Positions 9,045 through 18,142 of a DNA stretch of 64,000 bases are shown here, in pieces. The DNA comes from a virus (lineage: Duplodnaviria; Caudoviricetes), in IMG/VR virus record IMGVR_UViG_3300020465_001196; one strand, written 5' to 3'. The notes below the pieces were generated by a model, which did not search any database, was not told the origin of the DNA, and saw only the letters and a program-made list of their open reading frames with translations. Position numbers and translations under genes: made by a program. Numbering within the stretch: position 1 is the stretch's first letter; the number at the start of each line of letters is the position of its first letter.

Positions 9045-10475
9045 TTATAATTCTTCGGTGTCATCTAATGCTGTTCTCCTAGTTTTTAGCATACTACGTA
9101 GGTTTGCTACTTGTTCTACTTGCTGAACCACCTGTGCACCTTGATTTTCAGCTGGTTTTGGCTTAATTGTACTTGTTCTTTTCTTAATAGTACTTGCCAT
9201 ATTTGACGTTGTCATATTATCATCTTCAGCCATTTGTTCTTCAGTTAAATCTGTAATTCTTAAGGTATCTATATTAAATGCCAAGTTGATTTTAGTTCCA
9301 ACTCCGCCACTAGATCTTGTTTTCATTAATTGGATCATATATCTACCACGTTCACGCATAGCTCTGCTTGTTTGAATACCAATTACGTTATCTGCTGTTT
9401 GTACTTTACTTAAACCACCAGCAATATGCGAGTGATCAAATTCTGTAGATTCTACACTTGCCCTATTTAACTGTGATGCTGTTGCTAATACTATTTGATG
9501 TTCTACTGCTAAATTACGCAACTCTTCTGATACATATTTGTCTTTAATAAACAAATCACTTGGAGATACTCTTTTACTAATTGGCATCAACAAATCTAAA
9601 TAATCAACACAAATACAATCTGGTTTAGTACCTGTTTGTACTTCATATTCTTTTAAGTAACTACGTAAATCATTTACTGTTGCACCACTACTCATATATT
9701 TTAATTGGAACTTACCAGACTTTTGTCCTTGCATTCTAACCATTAAATCAATGTCATCAATTTTCTTAAATATTTCATTTGTTGCTACACCAGTTGACAT
9801 ACTATCAACTCTCATAGAACTTAATTCTTCACTTAATTCAAATGTAAAATAAATTATGTTCATTCCAACGTTTGCCCAATTCAGTGCAACATTTTGTAAG
9901 AATAAACTTTTACCTGCACCTGACTGTCCTGCAAAAATATTTAATTCGCCTTTGTTAAATCCACCATATAGTTTTTGATCTAATGCAGACCATCCTGTAC
10001 TTACTGTACCATTATTATCTTTAAGTGATAACAATCTTGCTTTTGGATCAACAAAATAATCTGTACCTAAATCTTTTGTAAGTCCAATTCTTACTGCGTG
10101 TTTAATTTTATCTTCTACTTGTCCATAATCACCTTTTTCTAATAAATCAGCTGATGATATAATTGCGTGTTCTAATGCTTTGTGTCTACAAAAAGTTTCA
10201 AACTCATCAAAAAACCAATTCTTATGTTGTTCATCTATTTCAACTTTTTTAAGTTCAACACTACAAGTTGCTTTTATTTGGTCTATTGTTGGAAGTGCAT
10301 TGTATTCTTCTGAATGCTCTAACATAAATTTAATTACGTTTGATAGTTTATGTGAAAAGTATTTTGGTTTGACTATATTTTTAACTCTTACAAATAACTC
10401 AGGATCTGTTGCACAAAACTCAATAAAAAGTTTTTGTAATTCTTCGTTATAATCTTTATAGTCAGTTACAGCCAT
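9045..10475 (-). CDS. gp41: DnaB-like replicative helicase (T4 gp41-like)
   Basis: Walker A AGQSGAGKS, CVDYLDL, TASQLNR, and QLMKTR. Confidence 0.93.
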   Translation of the reverse strand: MAVTDYKDYNEELQKLFIEFCATDPELFVRVKNIVKPKYFSHKLSNVIKFMLEHSEEYNALPTIDQIKATCSVELKKVEIDEQHKNWFFDEFETFCRHKALEHAIISSADLLEKGDYGQVEDKIKHAVRIGLTKDLGTDYFVDPKARLLSLKDNNGTVSTGWSALDQKLYGGFNKGELNIFAGQSGAGKSLFLQNVALNWANVGMNIIYFTFELSEELSSMRVDSMSTGVATNEIFKKIDDIDLMVRMQGQKSGKFQLKYMSSGATVNDLRSYLKEYEVQTGTKPDCICVDYLDLLMPISKRVSPSDLFIKDKYVSEELRNLAVEHQIVLATASQLNRASVESTEFDHSHIAGGLSKVQTADNVIGIQTSRAMRERGRYMIQLMKTRSSGGVGTKINLAFNIDTLRITDLTEEQMAEDDNMTTSNMASTIKKRTSTIKPKPAENQGAQVVQQVEQVANLRSMLKTRRTALDDTEEL

Positions 10476-10476
10476 T

Positions 10477-10641
10477 TTACCACTGTCCTTTTTTTAATTG
10501 CTCTTTTGTAACTCTATATGGAATTTTTTCAATTACTCCGCCTTTTGCATAAAATTTCTTCCACATATTTTTCTTTGTTTCTTCTTTTGCTTTTATATCA
10601 TCTGGCAAATCAGCAGTATAATCTCTTTTTATTTCTTTCAT
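10477..10641 (-). CDS. Small hypothetical protein (54 aa), not in the ORF track
   Basis: Manual translation MKEIKRDYTADLPDDIKAKEETKKNMWKKFYAKGGVIEKIPYRVTKEQLKKGQW. It fills the thyX-helicase gap. Confidence 0.65.
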   Translation of the reverse strand: MKEIKRDYTADLPDDIKAKEETKKNMWKKFYAKGGVIEKIPYRVTKEQLKKGQW

Positions 10642-10650
10642 AATTATATA

Positions 10651-11283
10651 TTACACACCTTCCTGTTGTTTTACAAGTCTTAAATATTTCCAACTATATG
10701 GAAATTCTTCATTACATAGTTGATCAATAGAATCTGCTATTGTTCTTGTTTCTTCTTGAGTATCTTCAGCACACCTTAATTCACATACTCTAGCAAATGC
10801 GTACAATGTTCCACTCCAATACCACTCTGTCATCATATTTTGTGGCAATACCATTCTTGCTAACTCGGGTGCAATTCCTTTGGCCAGCATATCATTGTAT
10901 GTTGTATTAGCATTTTTTATTGTATTAGCGATATCATATTCGATTGTTTCACTACTACTGCCTTGTTTTTTATCTTCAGCTCGTAATCTCCAACTTTTAG
11001 GCATATAGTATTCTGGTTCATAATCAACATAACGTCTACTAATTTCATTCCAACTTAAACCTACTTGGTGCTTTACTAACTGTCTAGCAACAAATATAGG
11101 TGCTTTAATTCTAAATTGTAAACTACAATGTGCAAATGGTGACCAATGATTGTGCTTTGCTAAAAATGAAATTAATTTTTCATCTGATGCTCCAAACACA
11201 TCTTTGCTTTTTCCAAAACTTACTCTTGCGGCATTCACCACAGTTAGGTCTGAACCCATTTTATCAATTAGTTGTACTTCCAT
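10651..11283 (-). CDS. thyX: Flavin-dependent thymidylate synthase
   Basis: VVNAARVSF, HWSPF, RQLVKHQ..SWNEISRRY, and PE.ARM.LPQ. Confidence 0.95.
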   Translation of the reverse strand: MEVQLIDKMGSDLTVVNAARVSFGKSKDVFGASDEKLISFLAKHNHWSPFAHCSLQFRIKAPIFVARQLVKHQVGLSWNEISRRYVDYEPEYYMPKSWRLRAEDKKQGSSSETIEYDIANTIKNANTTYNDMLAKGIAPELARMVLPQNMMTEWYWSGTLYAFARVCELRCAEDTQEETRTIADSIDQLCNEEFPYSWKYLRLVKQQEGV

Positions 11284-11456
11284 TATACGTCTACTCCAAC
11301 TCCAAATAATTTTAACATTTCTAATATAGTTCTATTTTCATATACCATTTCAAACAATTCTGTTACTGTAACTTGTAACTCTATAATTTGATATGCTAGA
11401 TAAAGATTTGATAAACCTAATACTAATAAAAAAATAATTAGTAATGTTTGGTTCAT
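11283..11456 (-). CDS. Small membrane protein (57 aa), not in the ORF track
   Basis: Manual translation MNQTLLIIFLLVLGLSNLYLAYQIIELQVTVTELFEMVYENRTILEMLKLFGVGVDV. Its TAATG overlaps the thyX start. Confidence 0.6.
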   Translation of the reverse strand: MNQTLLIIFLLVLGLSNLYLAYQIIELQVTVTELFEMVYENRTILEMLKLFGVGVDV

Positions 11457-11464
11457 AAAATCCT

Positions 11465-12076
11465 TTAATAAGTTTTAACAATTTTATCTGCTATACCGTA
11501 TCTTACTGCCTCTTTAGCACTTAACCATCTATCTTCAGGTGGTAGTAAAATATCTCTAACTTTCTTTTCATTTAAACCAGTACATTTCATATAATGATTA
11601 AGCATTCTTTCTGTACTTAATTCAAATTCTCTAACTCTTGCAAATAGTTCGTGTTCCTTACCACCTGATCCCCAACTGTATTGGTGTGATAGTATTGATG
11701 TATTTGGTGTAAGAACTCTACGACCTTTTGTACCTGCCATAAATGTTAATAGTCCACATGATGCAATCATACCAAGCCCTACAGTTTTTACAGGAATAGC
11801 AGATCCTTTCATTGTGTCAATTAATGCAAATGCTGAATGTACTTGCCCACCAGGTGAATTAATCACTAATGTTAACTGGTTTGGTCTTTGTGAGTTTGGC
11901 ATTAAATTTTTTTCAATAATTGTATTAATAACCGGTGTCGTTGTTTTTGCATCAAACCCGTCAGCAAAATACATAATACCTGCTTCCCACATCATCATAC
12001 CTGGTGCAAGTGGTTGTCCGGCAGGTCCTGGTCCTTTTGCTTTATCGTCTTTTTTCTTTCTATCTAAATCAGCCAT
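11465..12076 (-). CDS. clpP: ClpP-family serine protease
   Basis: INSPGG, ASCG (catalytic Ser), HQ (His) and DRWLSA (Asp). Confidence 0.9.
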   Translation of the reverse strand: MADLDRKKKDDKAKGPGPAGQPLAPGMMMWEAGIMYFADGFDAKTTTPVINTIIEKNLMPNSQRPNQLTLVINSPGGQVHSAFALIDTMKGSAIPVKTVGLGMIASCGLLTFMAGTKGRRVLTPNTSILSHQYSWGSGGKEHELFARVREFELSTERMLNHYMKCTGLNEKKVRDILLPPEDRWLSAKEAVRYGIADKIVKTY

Positions 12077-12089
12077 TATTATTTTTCTC

Positions 12090-13079
12090 CTATGCGATCT
12101 TTCTTAGTACGTTAATTTTTACTTTATTATTTACTCTGTTTTCAATGATGCTTTTTATAGTAAATAATTGGCCATAACTTTTAACAGCGTCAGCACAATC
12201 TTTTATACTTTCATGCCATGGTGGAAAACTTACTGCCCATCCATTTTCAACTGCTTGATCAATTAGTGTTGTACCTGCTCTATCTCTATCAGGACAAACT
12301 ATAATTTCACCTTCAAATTCATTTATAATATCTATTTGTTGTTGATTAAGTTTATTATGTAGTACTGCTAATCCATCTATACTTAATGCATCAAGCACAC
12401 CTTCTACAACAATTAAATATTTTCTTTTTTTACTTAACACATCTAAATTGTACATATAATTTGGTTGTGAGTTTGTAAAATATTTTGGCTTATCTGGATT
12501 ATTATCAATTATTCTTGATGTATAACCAACTGTGTTTCCATTGTAATAAAATGGTACAATAAACCTTCTATTTAAATCTAAATACGTATCATTACACCAA
12601 TAAAAATCATTATAATGATCAAGTCCCCTATCAATAATATGTTTGTATACCCAAACAGCATCATCTGGTGGATTATCATTTTTAATAATTTCAACTAACG
12701 GTTTAGAACCTTTTGGTAGTTGTACTTCGCGCCAACTAATTTTTGGTTTTGGTTTTTCTATTTCGTCTTTAAAATTTTCTTTTTCTCGTATTGCTAACAA
12801 CTGAAGTTTTTTAACTTCACTGTCTGGAAGACCAATGCCTCTCAAAAGACCTACTAACTTTTTACCAAATAATCTTCCTGGCTTATAGCTCGTACTAAAG
12901 CCACAATTAAAACAATGATATACCATTCCTTCAATAAATCTAAATCCACCTCTTGAACGTGTGTCTGGCCTTGCTTGGCCATTTGTTATACACATTGGAC
13001 AATTTACTGTTGTCCATCCACTTGGTGTCTTTTTTCTTTTACCACTTAAATGTGTTAGTATTGTATTTTGAAGATTCAT
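12090..13079 (-). CDS. gp61: DNA primase (T4 gp61-like, Zn finger + TOPRIM)
   Basis: CPMC..HCFNC zinc-binding domain, VEGVLDALS, and PDRD TOPRIM motifs. Confidence 0.9.
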   Translation of the reverse strand: MNLQNTILTHLSGKRKKTPSGWTTVNCPMCITNGQARPDTRSRGGFRFIEGMVYHCFNCGFSTSYKPGRLFGKKLVGLLRGIGLPDSEVKKLQLLAIREKENFKDEIEKPKPKISWREVQLPKGSKPLVEIIKNDNPPDDAVWVYKHIIDRGLDHYNDFYWCNDTYLDLNRRFIVPFYYNGNTVGYTSRIIDNNPDKPKYFTNSQPNYMYNLDVLSKKRKYLIVVEGVLDALSIDGLAVLHNKLNQQQIDIINEFEGEIIVCPDRDRAGTTLIDQAVENGWAVSFPPWHESIKDCADAVKSYGQLFTIKSIIENRVNNKVKINVLRKIA

Positions 13080-13085
13080 GCTTAT

Positions 13086-13114
13086 ATATTATAACAAAAC
13101 TAACAAAAAGTCAA
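13086..13114 (-). promoter_or_regulatory. Sigma70-type promoter
   Basis: TTGACT-N17-TAATAT, 6 nt upstream of the primase ATG. Confidence 0.6.
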
Positions 13115-14263
13115 TTAGATTGTGAAAGTATTATTACCAGCTTTTACATCACCTAGGCCACCAACATCAAGTTTAAATCTATTTTGACCTTCACCTGACA
13201 TAGCCTTGCCCATTTCTTTGCAAATTTCATATGGTGTTACTTTGTAATTTTCAGCATATTTTAATATTTTTAATGTTCTTGGATGTATAGTAGTTATTAA
13301 TTGGAATGATTCTGATTCATCTCTTGACTTTAATATTGTTCCTGCAGAACGAAATACTCCACCAACGTTGGCCAAACTATCAGGTATATATAATATATTT
13401 TTTTTAGTTAATTCTTCTACTGTTCTATCAGGATCAACTAAATCAATTTGATTATTTGCCGCTCCACAAATAATTTTACAATTCATATCTTTTACCATAC
13501 TTAATTTTATATCATTACCTAATGCACATGGAGAATATATATCAAGTTCTTCTTTGTGTAAATTATATGTTGGTACTACTTTAAACTTCCATTTACTAAA
13601 ATCTCTAAATTGTTTTATTTTTAATGGATCTATTTCAGAAAAAACTAATTCTGCTTTTTCTTCATTTAAATAATTTGCTAATTGAAAACCTACTTTACCT
13701 AATCCTTTAATACCAATCTTCAAACCTTCTAAAGAATCTGAACCAAATTTATGTTCTGCCGCGGCTTTCATTGCATGGTAAACACCATATGCTGTACACG
13801 AACTACCAACATCTGGATCTGAATATGTTGCTGTGTAATCAGTAAAGTTTCTTAAATTTTGTAGCATAGTATAATCAAAGCCAACATCTAATCCTGCATA
13901 GTAATCACCTTTAAGATAATTAATTGCTTCGCCAAGCCAGCCTATAATACGTTTTGGTTCTACTCCTAAATTACCTGTTTCTCTATGTAGTACACCTTCA
14001 ATAACTGCTTTGCCGCCGCCAAGTTGAATTCCTGCTACAGCACATTTTTCAGTCATTGCTTTTGATAAATTTAAAACATCACGTATTGGTGTTTTTGGAT
14101 CACGATATTTCCAAAATCTTACTCCACCAAAAGCCGGACCAACTTTAGTTGAATGAACAGCAATATAGCAACTAAAATTATCATCTGAATTTGTCGCGTG
14201 AATAATTCTTTCGAAATCATTTCTTTGGATTTCTTCAATTTTTAAAACTGGTCTTGAAACCAT
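13115..14263 (-). CDS. Glu/Leu/Phe/Val dehydrogenase (leucine dehydrogenase-like)
   Basis: GPAFGGVRF, MTEK, GGGKAV, GLGKVG (Rossmann), PCALG, GAANNQ, and YIPD.LAN.GG. Confidence 0.9.
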   Translation of the reverse strand: MVSRPVLKIEEIQRNDFERIIHATNSDDNFSCYIAVHSTKVGPAFGGVRFWKYRDPKTPIRDVLNLSKAMTEKCAVAGIQLGGGKAVIEGVLHRETGNLGVEPKRIIGWLGEAINYLKGDYYAGLDVGFDYTMLQNLRNFTDYTATYSDPDVGSSCTAYGVYHAMKAAAEHKFGSDSLEGLKIGIKGLGKVGFQLANYLNEEKAELVFSEIDPLKIKQFRDFSKWKFKVVPTYNLHKEELDIYSPCALGNDIKLSMVKDMNCKIICGAANNQIDLVDPDRTVEELTKKNILYIPDSLANVGGVFRSAGTILKSRDESESFQLITTIHPRTLKILKYAENYKVTPYEICKEMGKAMSGEGQNRFKLDVGGLGDVKAGNNTFTI

Positions 14264-14265
14264 TA

Positions 14266-15057
14266 CTAATTCCTTAATAATACTTTAGTAAATGTTCCTG
14301 AGTTAGATGGATCTGGATCATATGCTGTTCTAACCCATTTTGCTTGACTTATAAATCTATAAGGTGCTAATGAATCTGAAGATGTTAATGATACTTCAGT
14401 TGTACCACTTGTTAATGGTATATCAAACCAATCATTATTATCATTACTCGCTGTATCTGTTAAACAACCTTGCATTTTAAACTTACCAACAAATGATGAT
14501 GTATAAACTGCAATAGTATGATTGCTTGAAGTTAAATTACGTTCAGATGCACCTGCTACTGCATTTGAATAATACCAAGTTCCATCATTAGTTCCTGGAT
14601 TCCATTCCATAGTCAAAGTTTCTGCTGGGTTTGGCATAACACCTTCAATAATTTCAACTGTTCCAACTGCGGCACGATTTAAATCTGTAAACACAATTTG
14701 TTGCTCACTATTATTATTTGTAGTGTATAAACTGTAATTATATAAGCCATCTGCTATATTATATAAATCAGCACTTGTTAAACTTAATGACGCTTGTCCT
14801 TTTGTTGCACTTGTTATTGTTAATGGTCTTGAAATTGACGTTTCTTTACTATTACTATCAATAATATTAATTGTTACAGTCATATTAGTTAAATCAACAG
14901 GAGCTCTATCGCTGTCTTTTAATTCAAACTTTACTGTATTATCAATACCTTGATACAATTTTATAGTTTTATCATACATAGTTACATTACCTTGATTTGC
15001 ACTTGTATTTACTATCACTGTGTGGGTATTATTATACACATATACACTTATTGACAT
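14266..15057 (-). CDS. Probable virion structural protein (BppU N-terminal-like domain)
   Basis: LYQGIDNTVKFELKDSD..PVDLT..ATKG...L.LT..DL.....G.Y.Y is typical of baseplate Ig-like domains. It has an upstream SD and a TAAATA box. Confidence 0.55.
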   Translation of the reverse strand: MSISVYVYNNTHTVIVNTSANQGNVTMYDKTIKLYQGIDNTVKFELKDSDRAPVDLTNMTVTINIIDSNSKETSISRPLTITSATKGQASLSLTSADLYNIADGLYNYSLYTTNNNSEQQIVFTDLNRAAVGTVEIIEGVMPNPAETLTMEWNPGTNDGTWYYSNAVAGASERNLTSSNHTIAVYTSSFVGKFKMQGCLTDTASNDNNDWFDIPLTSGTTEVSLTSSDSLAPYRFISQAKWVRTAYDPDPSNSGTFTKVLLRN

Positions 15058-15126
15058 ATTACAAATCTTCCCTCAAATTATATGTATATTTATGTTGCTA
15101 AATAGAATTAAAGCAAGTATAATAGA

Positions 15127-15501
15127 GTGATGGATTACAACGAACTTACAGACAAATTTCCCTTTTTATCATGTATAAAACATGGTACTACTGAATATGT
15201 TGGTATTATGCAAAATCAAGATGATTTTGTAACCAGTATGTATGTATATGATATTATAGATAATGAAGATCAAAAACGTGAATTTTTACGTTTAGGCGAT
15301 ACATGGTGGTGGGAATCAAATAGAGTAATACCTATCAATATATTTTTAGCAGGTGATTTTAGTAAGTTTCAAAATTGTTTAAAAACCTTTACGACAAAAG
15401 ATGTAAAATTAGTATTTGGTCCAGTTACTAGTTTAAACAATATTATTAGGAAACGTATTAAAAGACGTCAAATTCAATTAGTTAAAAAGACTGATAATTA
15501 A
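15127..15501 (+). CDS. Hypothetical protein
   Basis: Divergent ORF with a TAAATA box at 15099-15104 and a basic C-terminus. Confidence 0.6.
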   Translation: MMDYNELTDKFPFLSCIKHGTTEYVGIMQNQDDFVTSMYVYDIIDNEDQKREFLRLGDTWWWESNRVIPINIFLAGDFSKFQNCLKTFTTKDVKLVFGPVTSLNNIIRKRIKRRQIQLVKKTDN

Positions 15502-16079
15502 ACAATAAGATTAGATAGTACATTTAATTGTACACATATTGCCAAAGCATAACCTACAGCATGACTTTTCTTAAAATAATAAGAATCATCTGTTGGTTTT
15601 TTCCAAACATTTTCGTTAATATTATTCCAACTTTCATTAAGTAAATGCCTTTTTGCTGGACGTATAATTGCCAATACTGCCGCTAATTCTTCAACTGATT
15701 TTGGCTTTAGTTTATTAATAATATCAAAATGATTATGTATATGAAACAATTGTTCTACTATTTCTTTATGTTTTAACAAACTCCAATCAGGTTCTTGATC
15801 AATTAACTCTTGCAAATGTTTTTCATTTTTAACTTTATCATATACACCAACATTAAGAATATCTAATTTAAAATAACCTCTATCTTCTGCTTCTTTATAA
15901 TCTATATTTGCAGAATTAGTAAACGGATGTGTTGGTATGTCTGTAAAGTAAACACCAGTATTATGTTTTTTAATTTCACCATTTTGTATAATACTAGCAG
16001 GTGTATGTTTTAATTTTTCTAATAAAACATCTCTGTCTTTTACATCAATATCAATATCTGTTTTTGCTATGTTTACCAT
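15498..16079 (-). CDS. Minimal DNA polymerase III alpha (DnaE)-like protein
   Basis: TDIDID, GYFKLDIL and FKKSHAVGYA correspond to the DnaE PDIDID, KxDFL and FNKSH..AYA motifs. Confidence 0.7.
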   Translation of the reverse strand: MVNIAKTDIDIDVKDRDVLLEKLKHTPASIIQNGEIKKHNTGVYFTDIPTHPFTNSANIDYKEAEDRGYFKLDILNVGVYDKVKNEKHLQELIDQEPDWSLLKHKEIVEQLFHIHNHFDIINKLKPKSVEELAAVLAIIRPAKRHLLNESWNNINENVWKKPTDDSYYFKKSHAVGYALAICVQLNVLSNLIV

Positions 16080-16492
16080 TGATTATGTTTTGGATCTTTC
16101 TGTTGTTTGGCTTTTTCATCGTCATTATCAATAGGTAAGTCTAATTGAAAACTGTCTGATGAAAGTGTTCCATGTCCTACACTACCCATTGTACCATCAT
16201 CATTTGTAAATGAATATGATACTCCAGGAGCCCAATTATCTAAATCATCTGTATCAAGATCTAAGCCTGTTCCTCTTGTTGCATTTTTAACTAATCTCAT
16301 TCTGTGATCTATTTCTTCCCATGTTTTTGACAAGTTGGTTGCTTCAGCTTGTTTTTTTATTACTTTATCTTTATGAACTAAATGAACTAATGTATTAAGT
16401 TCTTCCCATTTTTCTTTTACTGCTTGGTTATCACTTTCTTGTGCAATGTTTGCCACTATCTCTGGCGTTCCGTGTAGTTTTTCATCTGTCAT
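16073..16492 (-). CDS. Hypothetical protein
   Basis: Coupled by an ATGA overlap to the upstream gene. Acidic C-terminal half. Confidence 0.55.
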   Translation of the reverse strand: MTDEKLHGTPEIVANIAQESDNQAVKEKWEELNTLVHLVHKDKVIKKQAEATNLSKTWEEIDHRMRLVKNATRGTGLDLDTDDLDNWAPGVSYSFTNDDGTMGSVGHGTLSSDSFQLDLPIDNDDEKAKQQKDPKHNQW

Positions 16493-17163
16493 ATGCCTGC
16501 CTTTTCTAATACATTTTCTACAAACCTAACATCTTGACTTGCCATTTGAAATTTTGCAGTCCAAAAGTCTGGATCAATGTATTCATTTACTAATGCAACT
16601 TGCTCTGCATTAAGTGATTGTAATAGTTTAACACCACTTTTGGAATTATACAAGATCCAAGGTGAAATTTTTCCACATCTAATACAATGTACTGCTCTAT
16701 TTGGTGTTATATGTTCTAAAAATAAATGAAATGGTTTTCCAGTTTCATCTTCCCAACGTTTCATTATTAATATTCCACGTTCTATTGCGTTTCTGGCCTC
16801 TTCTTTTCTACTATGTACTTTTACATAAGTTTCATATACTGAATCCAAATGCCATTTATCAATATTAACTGTATTTTTTATCAAATAATTTACATAATCA
16901 GTTGGATCAATAACATTTACGTCAACAAGATACCTTCCAAATTTTGTAAATGCTGTATAATAACGACTTTTTGCAAAATCATCATACGTTCTTTCATTTA
17001 CTGCCTGTGTCATTGTCTGTTTATAAAAATGTTGATAGGCTCTAAATGCTAATTGCACAAATCTTTCATCTTTTTGTTGGTATCTTCTTTTTGGTTCACA
17101 CATATGAACTGCCAATGTTGATTCTCTTGTGAATTTTGCATTACAATACTTGCATTCAAACAT
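16489..17163 (-). CDS. Hypothetical protein with N-terminal zinc finger
   Basis: CKYC..F.RE..L..HMC zinc-finger pattern, located in the replication gene run. Confidence 0.65.
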   Translation of the reverse strand: MFECKYCNAKFTRESTLAVHMCEPKRRYQQKDERFVQLAFRAYQHFYKQTMTQAVNERTYDDFAKSRYYTAFTKFGRYLVDVNVIDPTDYVNYLIKNTVNIDKWHLDSVYETYVKVHSRKEEARNAIERGILIMKRWEDETGKPFHLFLEHITPNRAVHCIRCGKISPWILYNSKSGVKLLQSLNAEQVALVNEYIDPDFWTAKFQMASQDVRFVENVLEKAGI

Positions 17164-17642
17164 TATTTTTTACCAAGCTCTTTAATTTCTTTATCTGTCC
17201 AACCTTGTTGCTGTGCTAATTTTTTTAAACTTGTTGTATCATTAACTAATTTTAACACTTCAATTTCATCACGTTTTGCTATTGGGTAGCATTCTGTTAA
17301 TAATCTATCTATTGCAGTTTTTTTACCTTTGCCTTTTGGTGCTTTTACCCATGGATGAAACATTTTCTTTTTAATACCTACTAATGATAACAACTTCCAA
17401 AATAACATTGAATCACCTTCATGCTTTTGTGTTAATCCAAATTGTTTATTAGCAAAATCATTTACAGCCAAAATATAATGTTCTTTAAATGCTTTTTGTC
17501 CTTGCACATTACTTGCAAATCTCATTGCTGTATATGGTGAAAAAGTTTTCTTTTCTTCACTATCTAAAGTTCCATACCACTTAGAATTAGCCATATCAAT
17601 GTTATATAACATTTGATTTAGGTTAATTTTCTTATCTGACAT
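17163..17642 (-). CDS. Possible clamp-loader small subunit (gp62-like; start revised to 17642)
   Basis: F.PY...RF.S...N..N.....HPW....K pattern resembles the small clamp-loader subunits of T4-like phages. TAATG overlap with the upstream gene. Confidence 0.5.
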   Translation of the reverse strand: MSDKKINLNQMLYNIDMANSKWYGTLDSEEKKTFSPYTAMRFASNVQGQKAFKEHYILAVNDFANKQFGLTQKHEGDSMLFWKLLSLVGIKKKMFHPWVKAPKGKGKKTAIDRLLTECYPIAKRDEIEVLKLVNDTTSLKKLAQQQGWTDKEIKELGKK

Positions 17643-18142
17643 TATAGCAAGTCTCCTACTTGAATTTGATCTGGTATTTGGTTTAATTCTTTTGCAAAAA
17701 ATACGCAACTTGGCTTATTTCCTGCTTTTACTGGCATTGTTAATACGTGACCATTCTTAAGTTTTGGAAAATACCATTTTACTTCTTGAAATACATTTAC
17801 TATTTTAACTTCTTTAAACTCGTGTGTATAGCCTGAAAATGGATTATGTACAAATGCTTCAAATCCTCTATCATTTAAACTTGTAAGTGGAACCATTTCA
17901 CAAATACCAAGCTCTTTTTCACCAACCATTATACTCCAATCCATTGGCATTTCAATTTGTTGTCCACCAATATCAAGAATTACTGCTGGTGCGTTAAATG
18001 ATTCTAAAAATATTAATGGAATATAAAAATAATCTAATGCTTTTGGATTTGTACAATCTAAAACACAGTATTGTAAGTCATCAACTTCATTTGGTACTGC
18101 ATTTAAATCATATGTTACGTTTTCAACTGTTAATATGTTCAT
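17642..18142 (-). CDS. Hypothetical protein, possibly a degenerate Hint-fold
   Basis: ATGA overlap with uvsW. Beta-strand pattern resembles Hint blocks B/F but lacks TxxH and HN. Confidence 0.55.
   Translation of the reverse strand: MNILTVENVTYDLNAVPNEVDDLQYCVLDCTNPKALDYFYIPLIFLESFNAPAVILDIGGQQIEMPMDWSIMVGEKELGICEMVPLTSLNDRGFEAFVHNPFSGYTHEFKEVKIVNVFQEVKWYFPKLKNGHVLTMPVKAGNKPSCVFFAKELNQIPDQIQVGDLL

Noticed and set aside
10498-10683. + strand 61-aa Phe-rich ORF
   Set aside because: The opposite strand encodes a more protein-like 54-aa ORF (10477-10641) coupled to its neighbours.
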